Assembly: GCF_006345805.1 (NCBI RefSeq)
Contig: NC_043000.1
Span: 138,632,001-138,696,000 of the forward strand
Reading direction: 5' to 3'
DNA: 64,000 nucleotides
Origin: Octopus sinensis
Lineage: Eukaryota
Position numbers and translations under genes: made by a program
The notes under the pieces: generated by a model
Databases searched by the model: none
The model's input: only the letters and a program-made list of their open reading frames with translations
What the model was told of the DNA's origin: nothing
Shown here: positions 25,501-37,295 of the stretch, piece by piece
Position numbering within the stretch: position 1 is the stretch's first letter
How the letters are laid out: each line of letters opens with the position of its first letter

Positions 25501-26043
25501 ACAGATTAGTAACACACACATGCATATATATTGAATGAGGGAGAGAGATTTATCAATACAGGTTTGAATGGGGGGAATAGATGACATAAGAGTGTATATG
25601 TAAACATATGCTTGCGTACTGTTTGTGAGAAGTGATATTAAGCAAGAAGCACAACGAAATCTATTACCCTGAATAGACTTCAGAGGAAATGTAGTCTTGT
25701 TAGATTTCAATGGAAAATGGTGAAACTCATGATTTTAACTTATGAAAGTAAATGTATTTGGCCAAAGATTATATGATACTGTGGCCACTAGGATATGGTG
25801 GGAGATTGGCAGATGCACAATAAATGAACGCCTGGTTTACTTCACTACACGTGTAACCTCCAATATCAAAAATAAGACATGTGTTCAATATAGGAAATTG
25901 AATCTTCTTTCTATTGAATATATTGTCCTCCAATATTTGTTTTGCAAATTACCTGTGAAGGTTGGATAATTATAAAGTGGCATTTCTCAACCAACGAGAT
26001 ATCAGTTTGTAATTTCTCTTTTTTTTTTTTTATCTTGTTTCAG

Positions 26044-26060
26044 TAGCTGCCAGGGAAAAA
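26044..26060 (+). other. Candidate 17-nt (or 14-nt) microexon
   Basis: About 28-nt pyrimidine tract + CAG(TAG) | tagctgccagggaaaaa | GTGAGT; no partner exons identified. Confidence 0.35.
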
Positions 26061-26249
26061 GTGAGTAAATATAGTTGGATGCAGGATAAATAATTAGCTC
26101 ATTGCAGCATCTACAATCCTTTTTCCATCGCTTTTTTCTTCTTCCTCATGCGTGTTTTGTACTTGACTGTATGTTTCAAAAAGCATAAACAGATTTACAT
26201 AATCTTAGACTTTGTTTCCTGGCTATTTATTATCACAAATATTACAAAT

Positions 26250-26458
26250 TCACATATATATATACATATTTATATATATATATACATATTTATGTGTATG
26301 CATGTATGTATATATGTATATATATATATATAATATATATATATATATTATATATATGTATATATGTATATATATACATATATACATACATGCATATATA
26401 TATATATTATGTATATATGTATATATGTATATATATATATACATATACATATATATAC

Positions 26459-26540
<82 letters not shown>

Positions 26541-26545
26541 ATATG

Positions 26546-26577
<32 letters not shown>

Positions 26578-26754
26578 ATATATATGTATGTATATATATA
26601 TATATATATACATATATATATGTATATATATATCTATATATATATACATATATACATATATATATATACATATATATATATATGTACATATATACATATA
26701 TACATACATAAACATATATGTATATCTTATATATGAATGAATATATGGATGAAG

Positions 26755-26798
<44 letters not shown>

Positions 26799-26860
26799 AT
26801 ATATATATGTGTGTGTGTATATATATATTTATATATATATATATATATATATTTATATGC
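26250..26860. repeat. Long degenerate (TA)n tract
   Basis: Direct reading. Confidence 0.97.
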
Positions 26861-27498
26861 ACACATTCATCCATATATATGGGATATGTGGCATGTGCAT
26901 CCACTAACCTATGCATGTGTGTGCACATGTAAAAATATATAAACATAGGCATCGAGAAACTGAGAAATATACAGAGAAAGATGCAGGTAGAAAGATAAAT
27001 GGGATTTTGATGATTATTATAATTGTTATTTGCAGTAGCCAAATATGGTAGAACGAAGCTGATTAAACACATATGACCATATCCTTGTTGGAAATATAAT
27101 CAATCTTTATAAGCAACACTCATGCATTCACACACACACACAAACATACTTACTCACATGTATGTATATATTACATCATGTTGATGGTACTTATGATTAT
27201 GAAGCGGTATATGATGAAAGATTTATATAAGAAAAAAAATATATTAGTTTTTCCTTTGCACTCTGAGAAAACTTGCCAGCAGTGAGATTTGTTGTTTGCA
27301 CATTGACTACCTGAAAGTGATGTTATGTGGATAGTTTTATTCCCTAAAGATAACAAACTTTGTTACTGCTAATAGTGTAAAAGTGAAAAAATGAGGTAAA
27401 GAAAAAGAAAACTACAGTTGCTGCACTGGTTACCACTGTTAGCCTGTATTACATAAAAGTGATATAGGATTTGATCATGCAAGATTCATTATAGATAA

Positions 27499-28595
27499 AT
27501 ATTGGGTCATCCCATGAATACTGCAGTTTTTTTTTTCAATTGCATGAACTAAAAGTTGGAGGAGAACGGGATAATCTACCTGCATCAACCTGCTATAAAA
27601 GCAAGTAGTAATTTTACCTTGTCCTTATACTTGGTTCAAGTTTTGAAGAGTACTGTTTGATTTTAACTGTTATTTTTTCAAAGCTTTAATGGAAGTGATA
27701 AAGGAATATATTCAGCATATTTTGCTTTATGAGTTTAATAAAGGCAACAATGCAACAGAAAGTGCAAGGAATATTAATGCAGGATATGAGGATCAAACAA
27801 TAAGCGTAAGCCAGTGTCAACAGTGGTTCCAGAAATTCCAAGCCAGAAACTACAGCCTAGAAGACGAGCCTCATCCTGGAAGATCTGTAGAGATTTATGA
27901 GGACATCTTGCAAGCCCTGGTGGAACGAAATCCCATTGTAACTGTTGAGGAACTAGCAGAGAAGCTTGGATTTTGTCATTCAACTATTCATCGACATCCG
28001 CACAGTGAGAAAATTGGGTCAATGGTTTCTTCACAAACTTTTCGAGTCTAATCACATGCAGAGAGTGAATGAGTGCTCATCTTTGCTCTCATGTCTCACG
28101 AATGAATCTTTTTTGGACCGAATCATGATTGTTGATGAGAAATGGGTTCTCTGTATAAATGTCAAATGCTGAAGACTGTGGGTAGAGAAAAGAGAAACAC
28201 TGGCACGCCAGGCTAAAGGATTTCACCCATGTAAGGTGTTATCTATTTGGTGGGATAAGGAAGAGTTAGTCCATTTTGCACTTTTAAACCAAATGATAAG
28301 AAAGGAGATCTACTGTAAGCAGCTCGAGTGGCTTAAGTCAGCACTAGAAGCAAAATGACCATCTTTGGTTTGAAGACGAAAGGTGCTCTTCCATCAGGAT
28401 AATGCTCAGCCACATGCAGCGAGGATGACATTCCAAAAGCTGGAACAGTTTGATTGGGAGACTATGCCCCACCCACCATATTTGCCTGACATTGCCCCAT
28501 CTGATTATCATTTATTCTGCAGTCTTCAAAATTATTTGGACAGAAAATATATGAATTCTGTAGATGACATCAGAACAGTGGTGGAGGAGTTTTTA
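27499..28595 (+). pseudogene. Mariner (DD34D, Mos1/Hsmar1-like) transposon, frameshifted transposase, 3' end lost
   Basis: 5' TIR ta|ttgggtcatcccatgaata; MEVIKEYIQHILLYEFNKG..LEDEPHPGR, WFLHKL (WVPHEL), DEKW, HQDNAQPH, PYLPDIAPSDYHLF across three ORFs. Confidence 0.92.
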
Positions 28596-28760
28596 TAAAT
28601 CATATATTAGCACTTGCATTGATGGATTCTTCAGATTGAAGAATCCATAAATGCAAGTGCTGATATATGATTTATAAAAACATGTGACATTTCAATAAAA
28701 ATCTGTAAATATAAAACCATCTAAACCCAATGCCTGATTCATTGATCTATTCCTGATGTA
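28589..28760. mobile_element. Fold-back Penelope-like fragment (45-bp arm palindrome) related to 63130-63360
   Basis: Arms 28589-28633 and 28637-28681 with 2 mismatches; shares tttataaaaacatgtgacat...aaaatctgtaa.tataaaaccatc with the 63.2-kb element. Confidence 0.75.
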
Positions 28761-28771
28761 TTTATATAGAT

Positions 28772-28935
28772 TGGAGTGGTTGGCATTAGGAAGGGCATCC
28801 AGCCGTGGAAACCTTGCCATATCAAATCAGAACCTGGTGAAGCCCCGACCCCAGCTTACCAGTCTTCAGTCAAACCATCCAACCCATGCCAGCATAGAAA
28901 TCTGACATTAAACGATGATGAGAATGATGGTGATG
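28772..28935 (+). mobile_element. RTE terminus (family C)
   Basis: gagtggttggcattaggaagggcatccagcc...gacattaaacgatgatg. Confidence 0.8.
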
Positions 28936-28959
28936 ATATATATATATATATATATATAA

Positions 28960-29105
28960 ACAATTGCAACGTGGAAGGTGTTTATAAGCCATTTAAGAAA
29001 CACACAAAAACCGTTAGAGTCACTTCAACATTTAAATTTAATTTGTCAAAATATTTTTGTTGCTTTGAGACCGTGACCTGTTCACTGACAAAACTCCATG
29101 CTGCT
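28960..29105 (-). mobile_element. Short element with G3:C8-type hammerhead-like motif (29042-29092)
   Basis: Minus: tttgtca GTGAACA g gtcac ggtctcaaa gcaac AAA aatatt T tgacaaa; 7-bp helix I, palindromic helix III. Confidence 0.55.
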
Positions 29106-29135
29106 TCTTTCTCTCTCTCTCTCTTTCTTTATATA

Positions 29136-29172
<37 letters not shown>

Positions 29173-29633
29173 GAGTGAGTAGTATAAGAGATAGATTTGG
29201 AGCATTTTGTGGCTATCACAGAAGGCTCTGCTTACTGACTCAACTAACAGTCCACATAGTAATCTAGTACAGAGAAGCAGGAAGTAGAATGTCCATGCAG
29301 CTGGAATCCAGTAGATCTGATCAATGAAATTATTTCATGTGGAGTATATAAGCCATAAAAAGTCAAAAGGTATGAGAGGTGAATATATTTAATTAACCAC
29401 TTGACATCCTTAGGATTATGGCCATTTCACAATCTTCTTTATATAGAACTAATTTCTGTGTGGAATAAATTATGCTTACAGGTTTGCATTTATATGCATA
29501 CTTGACATTACACAATACAATTTTATATTCACTGACCAATGCAAGCTAGCTCATCAGGTCACCAGAATATCACAATTACACCAATGATTCAATTCAAAGT
29601 ATATATGCAAAATATTCTTTCTCTCTCTCTCTC

Positions 29634-29680
<47 letters not shown>

Positions 29681-29683
<3 letters not shown>

Positions 29684-29905
29684 CAAAATAAGCAACAAGA
29701 ATGACTCTGGTAATTTGGTACGATCGTTTTGTACTACATCATTTTATTAAATGTTGTAATACTTACAACATTTAATAAAATGATGTAGTACGAAATGATC
29801 GTACCAAATTACCAGAGTCATTTTGATTATAATCACCCCACGGATTTATATGGATAACTCCATACAGAATTCTGGTGCATCTAAATTAAGTACCATATTC
29901 ATTTG
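29681..29905. mobile_element. Fold-back Penelope-like fragment (60-bp arm palindrome)
   Basis: Arms 29700-29759 and 29763-29822 with 2 mismatches; carry the GAAA-cgatcg-TA hammerhead 3' half and the ttgcttattttgatt tail shared with 36990. Confidence 0.75.
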
Positions 29906-29921
29906 AATCTATATATATATA

Positions 29922-30103
29922 CTTTATTTAAAGCAGCAGAAAATTCAACAAAACCTATTACTCTGAGTTTCCCGTTGCTGTTCATCGGACAGTTTTTGCT
30001 AGTTTTTGAACTGTCTGCTGCTTTAAATAAAGCATATTACTCTACCACTGGTATTTGAGTACTCTTTTTTTCCACCTTTTTTCACGTTTATGTGTTTACT
30101 CCA

Positions 30104-30104
<1 letters not shown>
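29922..30104. mobile_element. Fold-back short element with hammerhead-like motif (29955-29992, minus)
   Basis: 19-bp perfect IR 29922-29940/30014-30032; minus: ctgt CCGATGA acagcaacgg GAAA ctc-a-gag TA atag; flanked by (TA)n. Confidence 0.65.
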
Positions 30105-30140
<36 letters not shown>

Positions 30141-31199
30141 AACAATAATAATATTAGGGAGTATAGCTCCAAACTTACAGGGAAAAATTCAATTTAGTAT
30201 GAAATCAAATTTCACAATATAAATATATAATATATAAATTAGAGAAAAATCACTATTATGCAATTCAAACAATGCTAGACATAAACCAAATTATAAATAA
30301 AAGATAGAATATATTTTTTAAAACATATAACTAGATCTACTTGTTTGGAAATAACTTTGCTACTGTTATACATACACACACAATGCATATATCTGTTCCC
30401 CATTTAATTCATTTGTACTATCTTTTTATATATATTTTTACATGCTTATTTATTTTTATATTTACTTTAACTACTTCACTTCCTCTTTTTATCATCTAGA
30501 ATCTTAATTTCTTAATTTATATGAAACAACCTATCTTCATTTTTACTGACCGAACAAAGCTGATTTAATGTAGTCCCAGCCTCCCATACATCGTAAATAT
30601 GAAGAGAAAATTTTGTGTGTATACTTAAATTTGAATCATTAGTATAACCATAATGTTCTAGCTTTTTTTGTTTGTTGAGATTTGTGAAGATTTTCTTATT
30701 TGCAGTGATTTGCAAAGCATACATATTAATGTAAACATGTAAGCATAATTTCAACCTCATTGAATTTATTGCATGAAAAAGATTATGAAATGGCCATAAT
30801 GAAGTGGTTAAATAAATGTATCCACCTCTCATACTTTCTGGCTTTTTATGGTTTATATACACAGGCATATACGCACACACATGCAAGCATACAAAGATTA
30901 GAAAAGTGGATTTGAAATGAAAGACTACATAGTCAATGATGACGTTTGAATGAAATATAGAAAACGAGTAAAATCTTCTACCGATTACACCTGTATTTTA
31001 ATTAATTCAAGTTAATGTACCTCACCTTGAAAAATGTAAAATTGTTGGCAGTTGACATCTGGGATAATTTTAGCAGCAAACCAAACAGGTAAGATGTATT
31101 AAGAATATGAATTTTAGTGTTTATTCATAATGTTATTGTTTTTACACCTGTTAATTAAATTCACCTGCCCATAAAAGTCAAATTTAGTCAGAAAGATCA

Positions 31200-31389
31200 G
31201 CTAAAATTACATAATTATAAACCACTGGCATATAAGCACCCATTTACAAAGTTTCAAATCTGTATGTAGAAAATTAACAAGGTTACAAAAAAAATATTGT
31301 GAACACCCACTTGAACCCGAATAAATCAAAATTAATGTGAACAGATAAGCATTACATTTGACAAATTAATCTGAACACTAAAGGGTTAA
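31200..31389. mobile_element. TTAA-type (piggyBac-like) MITE end; left boundary uncertain
   Basis: taagcattacatttgac...ctgaacactaaaggg|ttaa; related copy at 49737-49938. Confidence 0.55.
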
Positions 31390-31724
31390 TGTCTGTTTTT
31401 CTACACAAACATGGATTAGATGAAGAGTTATTTGAACCAGGCTTTACACCTTGATGCTCTTACTATCACCAATCCTTACTTGTTTTTCAAGTAAAGGTTT
31501 TATTTTTTTACAGAGACTTTCAAAGCACAAAGTGACAGGCCATAATATCAATAAGAAATGTCAACAACATCACTCTTTTGCTTAAACATAGCATAGGATA
31601 ACAATATTCAACACACATTTGTGCACGCACAAACACACACACACACACAATAGGGTTCTTGCTGTTCCTGTCTACCAAATTCACTTATAAAGATTGGTCA
31701 GCCAAGGGCTACAGTAGAAAATAC

Positions 31725-31760
<36 letters not shown>

Positions 31761-31979
31761 CCACCACCACCACCACCACCATCATCATCTTTTATTTCTA
31801 CGTCTTCCTATTTGCATGTGTTTGGTTGGATCTCTACATTTCTTCACTTATAGCTGTTTCCTATTGTCTCCTTTACGAGCTTCAACAACAACCTTAGCCC
31901 TACTTTTAGCACCGCTACCCATACCTTCCTCAGCTTCCTTGGATCTCCAAATACATCTCTACCCAATGCTCAGCATCCA

Positions 31980-32215
31980 TATGCATCACTTACCTGCACC
32001 AAGGGCAGTTTCCACTGTTGCAAATCACATCCAATTCCTCTTATACTCAACGTTATCCCCCCAAGTTGTGGCCTGTCTTACATCCCACTCTTATCATCAC
32101 ACATCCAGGAGAGCATACTCTTTACAATTCTTCCAGTCCCTGCATGTCCACTACATTAAATACCAATCTTTCACTACCATGTATCATCACACTTGTTTTC
32201 GATATTTTTGTTACT
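31980..32215 (-). mobile_element. Decayed RTE ORF fragment
   Basis: Minus: SVMIHGSE..NVVDMQGLE..MLSWMC..IRGIGCDLQ. Confidence 0.6.
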
Positions 32216-32438
32216 TATGTGTGCTGCACCGTTGCAGATATCAGAACACTATATTAATAGACTCAAAAGCGGATATCACTTGAGAATCACAGGATGTCAG
32301 TAGCTCATCATTAATGAGTTGTTTTTGGCTCGTATATGAAAGCTTACTTGTTTGGAAATAACTTTGCTACTGTTATACTTAAACAGCACCACACCCATGA
32401 TTTTCAAAGATGCTTTTCATGCTCACTGTTGTCAAAGC

Positions 32439-32690
32439 GTGGAGGCGTGTGGTGTAGTGGTTAGGGTGTCAGCATCATGATTGTAAGATTGTGGTTTTGA
32501 TTCCTGGAGTGGGCAACGCATTGTGTTCTTGAGCAAAACACTTCATTTCACATTGCTCCAGTTCACTCAGCTGGCAAAAGTGCTGTGATGGACTGGCATC
32601 CCTTCCAGCTGGGGAACGCATATGCCATTGAAACTGGGAAACCAGGCTCATGAGCCTGGCTAGGCTTTAAAAGGGCAGATTTATTTTTTA
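32439..32690 (+). mobile_element. SINE family D
   Basis: Matches the 14425 copy; TSD ttgtcaaagc at 32429-32438 and 32691-32700. Confidence 0.9.
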
Positions 32691-32980
32691 TTGTCAAAGC
32701 CTGAAATAAACTGTCAAAGCATTGCATCCTTCAAAAATTCCCTGCTTCCTAAAATTGCCCTAAGATTACTCCTGATGTACCTTTGTACTCTTTTCTTTTT
32801 ATGATTGTCTTAATGTTCACTGTTCTGTCTTTTAATCTGCGTGTTGTCCATGTAATAGCAGCTTTCATTACTGTCTTTCTTTACTTGTTTGCTTTCTGTT
32901 CCCTCTTTTTTTAACATTTTCTGATGAGTTACAATGCATGTGAGAGTAAGCTCATCATTATCATTATTATTGTGGATATA

Positions 32981-33224
32981 AGCATAGGAGTGGCTGTCTG
33001 GTAAGTAGCTTTCGAGGGGTTATTAGTCGGCGGGTGCCAGTGCCCCTCCCATTTTTGTTCATCATTATCATCCTCATCTCATTAATGTTTTTGTCCAGCC
33101 CGCAGCTACTCATCTATGTACTGCCCTCGTGGCAAATTCTAATGAAATAAAGTAGCTTGCTTACCAACCACATGGTTCCGGGTTCAGTCCCACTGCATAC
33201 CACCTTGGGCAAGTGTCTTCTACT
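32981..33224 (+). mobile_element. SINE family A 5' part, interrupted by a nested insertion
   Basis: Head stops at 33011 and resumes at 33150. Confidence 0.85.
33012..33149 (+). mobile_element. 138-bp nested insertion, probable 5'-truncated retroelement 3' end
   Basis: 9-bp TSD aagtagctt (33003-33011, 33150-33158); terminal hairpin tgcc-ctcgt-ggca and A-rich end. Confidence 0.7.
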
Positions 33225-33419
33225 AATGTGAGACCATTCAATATCAACATCTAAATTTGTCATAAGGCCATAAAATTTTAAATATCTTTCCAATTTAACT
33301 AGCATTTTATTTTAACGAGGGAACTTCTGTGTGGATACTGGAACTTCCAGAAATAGTAGTGAAATCTCCCCCAAATCACATTCTATTGACTTAATAAAAT
33401 GGAGAGGGGGAGCATTGGA

Positions 33420-33812
33420 TTACTCTTTTACTCTCTCTTTTACTTGTTTCAGTCATTTGACTGCGGCCATGCTGGAGCACCGCCTTTAGTCGAGCAAATC
33501 GACCCCAGGACTTATTCTTTGTAAGCCCAGTACTTATTCTATCGGTCTCTTTTGCTGAACCGCTAAGTGACGGGGACGTAAACAAACCAGCATCGGTTGT
33601 CAAGCAATGCTAGGGGGACAAACACAGACACACAAACATATACACACACACTTATATATATACATATATACGACAGGCTTCTTTCAGTTTCTGTCTACCA
33701 AGTCCACTCACAGGGCATTGGTCGGCCCGGGGCTATAGCAGAAGACACTTGCCCAAGATGCCACACAGTGGGACTGAACCTGGAACCATGTGGTTGGTCA
33801 GCAAGCTATACA
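33420..33812 (-). mobile_element. SINE family A
   Basis: Reverse complement of family A. Confidence 0.9.
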
Positions 33813-34235
33813 GTTTTTGGATATGCTATGCTGGAAAATAAGTGGAAATGATTATAGCAGGGATACCTTTGATCTTATGACTGACCTAGGGCTACACAAC
33901 AGCAACCAAAGAAATATGAAAGTTATAAAGTGAACTTTGGTTGATTTTGAACACAGGGTTTTGAAGAGATGGAAGTTGTAATAAACAGTGGCAGCTACTG
34001 TATTCAGCATTCAACCAATTCTACTATCAACTGCCCTTAAAAAGAATTCTATTAAATAATAAGGCAAATGTTTAAAATATGCACATTAAAATAAAAAAGA
34101 GCTTTAGATAAAAAATTTTAAAAATAGTTTCTCCTGTTTTGAAGAGATTTGAAATTAAGTTTCAATATATCTATAAAAATTGAGTCTAATTAACATATCT
34201 TGTAAACAAGTTTGATAGCTTTCCTTCTTGTCCAT

Positions 34236-34274
<39 letters not shown>

Positions 34275-34599
34275 GTAGTCGTTACCATCATCATCATCGT
34301 CATCATCACCATTATCCTTTACTTTTATTTATTTTCTTTCTTCTTAATGCAAGCTTAATATATTTAATTATGCATAGAAATAGTTTGTATTGAATAGTGA
34401 AATCAATAGAATATGTAGACACAATCATCATCAGTCGTCGTCCTGCTGCAGCTGAAAGAGTTTTAAGAAAACCAAAGAAGAATAACAAAAAACAAAAAAA
34501 AAACAAAACAAGAAGTAAAAATAAAACGTATCTTGGAAGGGAAATATTCAAACAACAAACACAAACAGGTAACAACTGCAATATTACTGTTAACACTGA

Positions 34600-35392
34600 T
34601 GTTGCTGCTGCCATCTCTACCACTACTACTACTACGACGACGACGACGACGATGACGACTATGACTACTATGACTACTACGACGATGACTACTACAACTA
34701 CAACTACTACTACTAATACTACTACTACTACTACTTCTGCTGCTGTTGCTACTACTACCACTACTACTACCACTACTACTACGACGACGACGACTATGAC
34801 TATGACTACTATGACTACTACGACAACGACTACTACGACTACAACTACTACTACTACTACTACTACTTCTGCTGCTTCTGTTGCTACTACTACCACTACT
34901 ACTACTACTACAACTACGACGACGACGACTATGACTACTATGACTACTACTACGACTACTACTACTACTACTATTTCTGCTGCTTCTGTTGCTACTACTA
35001 CCACTACTACTACGACGACGACGACGACGACTATGACTATGACTACTATGACTACTACGACAACGACTACTACGACTACAACTACTACTACTACTACTAC
35101 TACTACTTCTGCTGCTTCTGTTGCTACTACTACCACTACTACTACGACGACGACGACGACGACGACTATGACTATGACTACTATGACTACTACGACAACG
35201 ACTACTACGACTACAACTACTACTACTACTACTACTACTTCTGCTGCTTCTGTTGCTACTACTACCACTACTACTACTACTACGACGACGACGACGACTA
35301 TGACTATGACTACTATGACTACTACGACAACGACTACTACGACTACAACTACTACTACTACTAAAACTTCTGCAGCTGCTACTACTACTGCT
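34600..35392. repeat. Higher-order trinucleotide repeat ((ACT)n/(ACG)n blocks, ~105-130-bp period)
   Basis: About six units delimited by tctgctgcttctgttgct. Confidence 0.92.
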
Positions 35393-35591
35393 TGTCGGGG
35401 GGAAAAAAACCACAACTCAAGTTTTGTCATGTTCAAGAAGACTGATAACAAATTGTAGCCTGATGAGGCATATAACTGATCTAATCATTCCAGTAGATTA
35501 GTCCCTGGTATTCTTGTAAACCCTAATTAATGAGAAACAAAAGTTTGACCCTGTTAAGATAAGATTTCAGTATGTAGAGAAAATAAACTTT

Positions 35592-35760
35592 GTGGCTGTG
35601 TGGTAAGTAGCTTGCTTACGAACCACATGGTTCCGGGTTCAGTCCCACTGCATGGCACCTTGGGCAAGTGTCTTCTACTATAGCCTCGGGCCGACCAAAG
35701 CCTTGTGAGTGGATTTGGTAGACGGAAACTGAAAGGAGCCCGTCGTATATATGTATATAT
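35592..35760 (+). mobile_element. SINE family A 5' half
   Basis: Ends at the internal (TA)n. Confidence 0.85.
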
Positions 35761-35944
35761 ATATATATAAGTAAGTAGTCTTACTGGCTGTCCCTTTCTG
35801 AATGTGATCTATTGGTACAAGAGTGAGAGGGCCGAGAGTATGCCTATGTCTTCTGGCAACTACAAAGTCACTGAAAACACTGAGCAAATGCATGGTACAT
35901 GCTACCAAGTAGTCCTTGATTTCAAGGGATATCTGTAATATCTT

Positions 35945-36057
35945 CTCTCTCTTTACTCTTTACTTGTTTCAGTCATTTGACTGTGGCCATGCTAGAGCAC
36001 CACCTTTAGTCGAGCAAATTGCCCCCAGGACCTATTCTTTGTAAGCTTAGTAAGTTA

Positions 36058-36093
<36 letters not shown>

Positions 36094-36621
36094 CGCACGC
36101 ACACATATATATATATAAATATACATATGTAGATATATATATGTAAAAAAGGTATCGCTCCCTCTCACAATATATATATATGAGTGTGTGTGTAATTGTG
36201 TTTGGGGGTGTGTGTTTGTATATATGTAAAAAGTGTGTATGTTTCTATGTACATATATGTGAGTGTGTATATCATCATTTTATGTCCATTTTTCATGCTG
36301 GCATGAAAGGAATGGTTTGGCAGGATTGGAAAAAAGATGTAAAATGAGAATATACACACTCATACACACACATTTTACATATGTATCTTTAAAATAGCTA
36401 TTTAGTTGTCAAGCGATGTTGGGGGGACAAACACATACATACAAATACATACACACACACATACATATATACATATATACGATGGGCTTCTTTCATTTTC
36501 CGTCTACCAAATCCACTCACAAGGCTTTTGTCGGCCCAAGGCTATAGTAGAAGACACTTGCCCAAGGTGCCACACAGTGGGACTGAACCCGGAACCATGT
36601 GGTTTGTAAGCAAGCTACTTT
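35945..36621 (-). mobile_element. SINE family A split by a ~350-bp insert (36060-36405)
   Basis: Tail at 35945-36058, head at 36406-36621; the insert is an inverted copy of 39156-39530. Confidence 0.85.
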
Positions 36622-36884
36622 TTTTCTACTTGTTCCAGTAATTTGACTGGAGTAATGCTGGGGTATGATCATGCAGAATTTTAGTCACATGACTCAAAAC
36701 CAGTATTTATACATTTCAAGCTTGATACTTATTCTATCATTCTCATTTACCTAACTGCTAAATCATCAGGTCATAAACACACCAACACTGGTTGTCAAGT
36801 GGTGGTAAGAGACAGACACAGACACAAAAACATACATAGATATGTGTGTGTGCATCATCATCATCGTTATTTAACATCTATTAT

Positions 36885-37090
36885 TTGTGCAGCTGATGAT
36901 TGCCCGGCATTTAAATTGATGTAATGACTGCATTGTTCAATTAAATAGAGCTGCTTGAAACGGTCGTACAGAATCACTTCTTGATATCCTGTTGCTTATT
37001 TTGATTTTATTCACCTTACTTTGAACTGGGCAGATAATACTGTACTGACTTTGTGCTTCAACTTAAGTACCTAATTCAACTGAATTTCAG

Positions 37091-37092
<2 letters not shown>
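36885..37092 (+). mobile_element. Penelope-like short element with long hairpin and hammerhead 3' half
   Basis: gcagct..atttaaattga..tcaattaaat..agctgc stem, then GAAA cggtcg TA and the gttgcttattttgatt tail; ends at (TA)n. Confidence 0.55.
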
Positions 37093-37124
<32 letters not shown>

Positions 37125-37295
37125 TGGATTTTACTCACAAGGTATTGGAATCTTATATGTATACCATTCTGGCTAAATAATTGATCTACAAATGCAATAT
37201 CCCTGCATATCTCACATCTGTTCTCATTCCCCCACTTCTCTCTCTATTTCGTATCTTATCTAAATTAATTATCGCTTAACCCTTTTCTCATATCA

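Noticed and set aside
27689-28598. Domesticated SETMAR-like gene
   Set aside because: No SET domain, several stops and frameshifts, and a TIR upstream: a transposon relic
32921-32957. CTGATGAG...ctcatca (also gcctgatgaggc at 35458) as hammerheads
   Set aside because: Simple hairpins that sequester the core; no GAAA/NUH in register
36893-36899. This CTGATGA as the true catalytic core of the 36885 element
   Set aside because: It overlaps the gcagct/agctgc stem and lacks a good helix I; only the 3' half of the motif is secure
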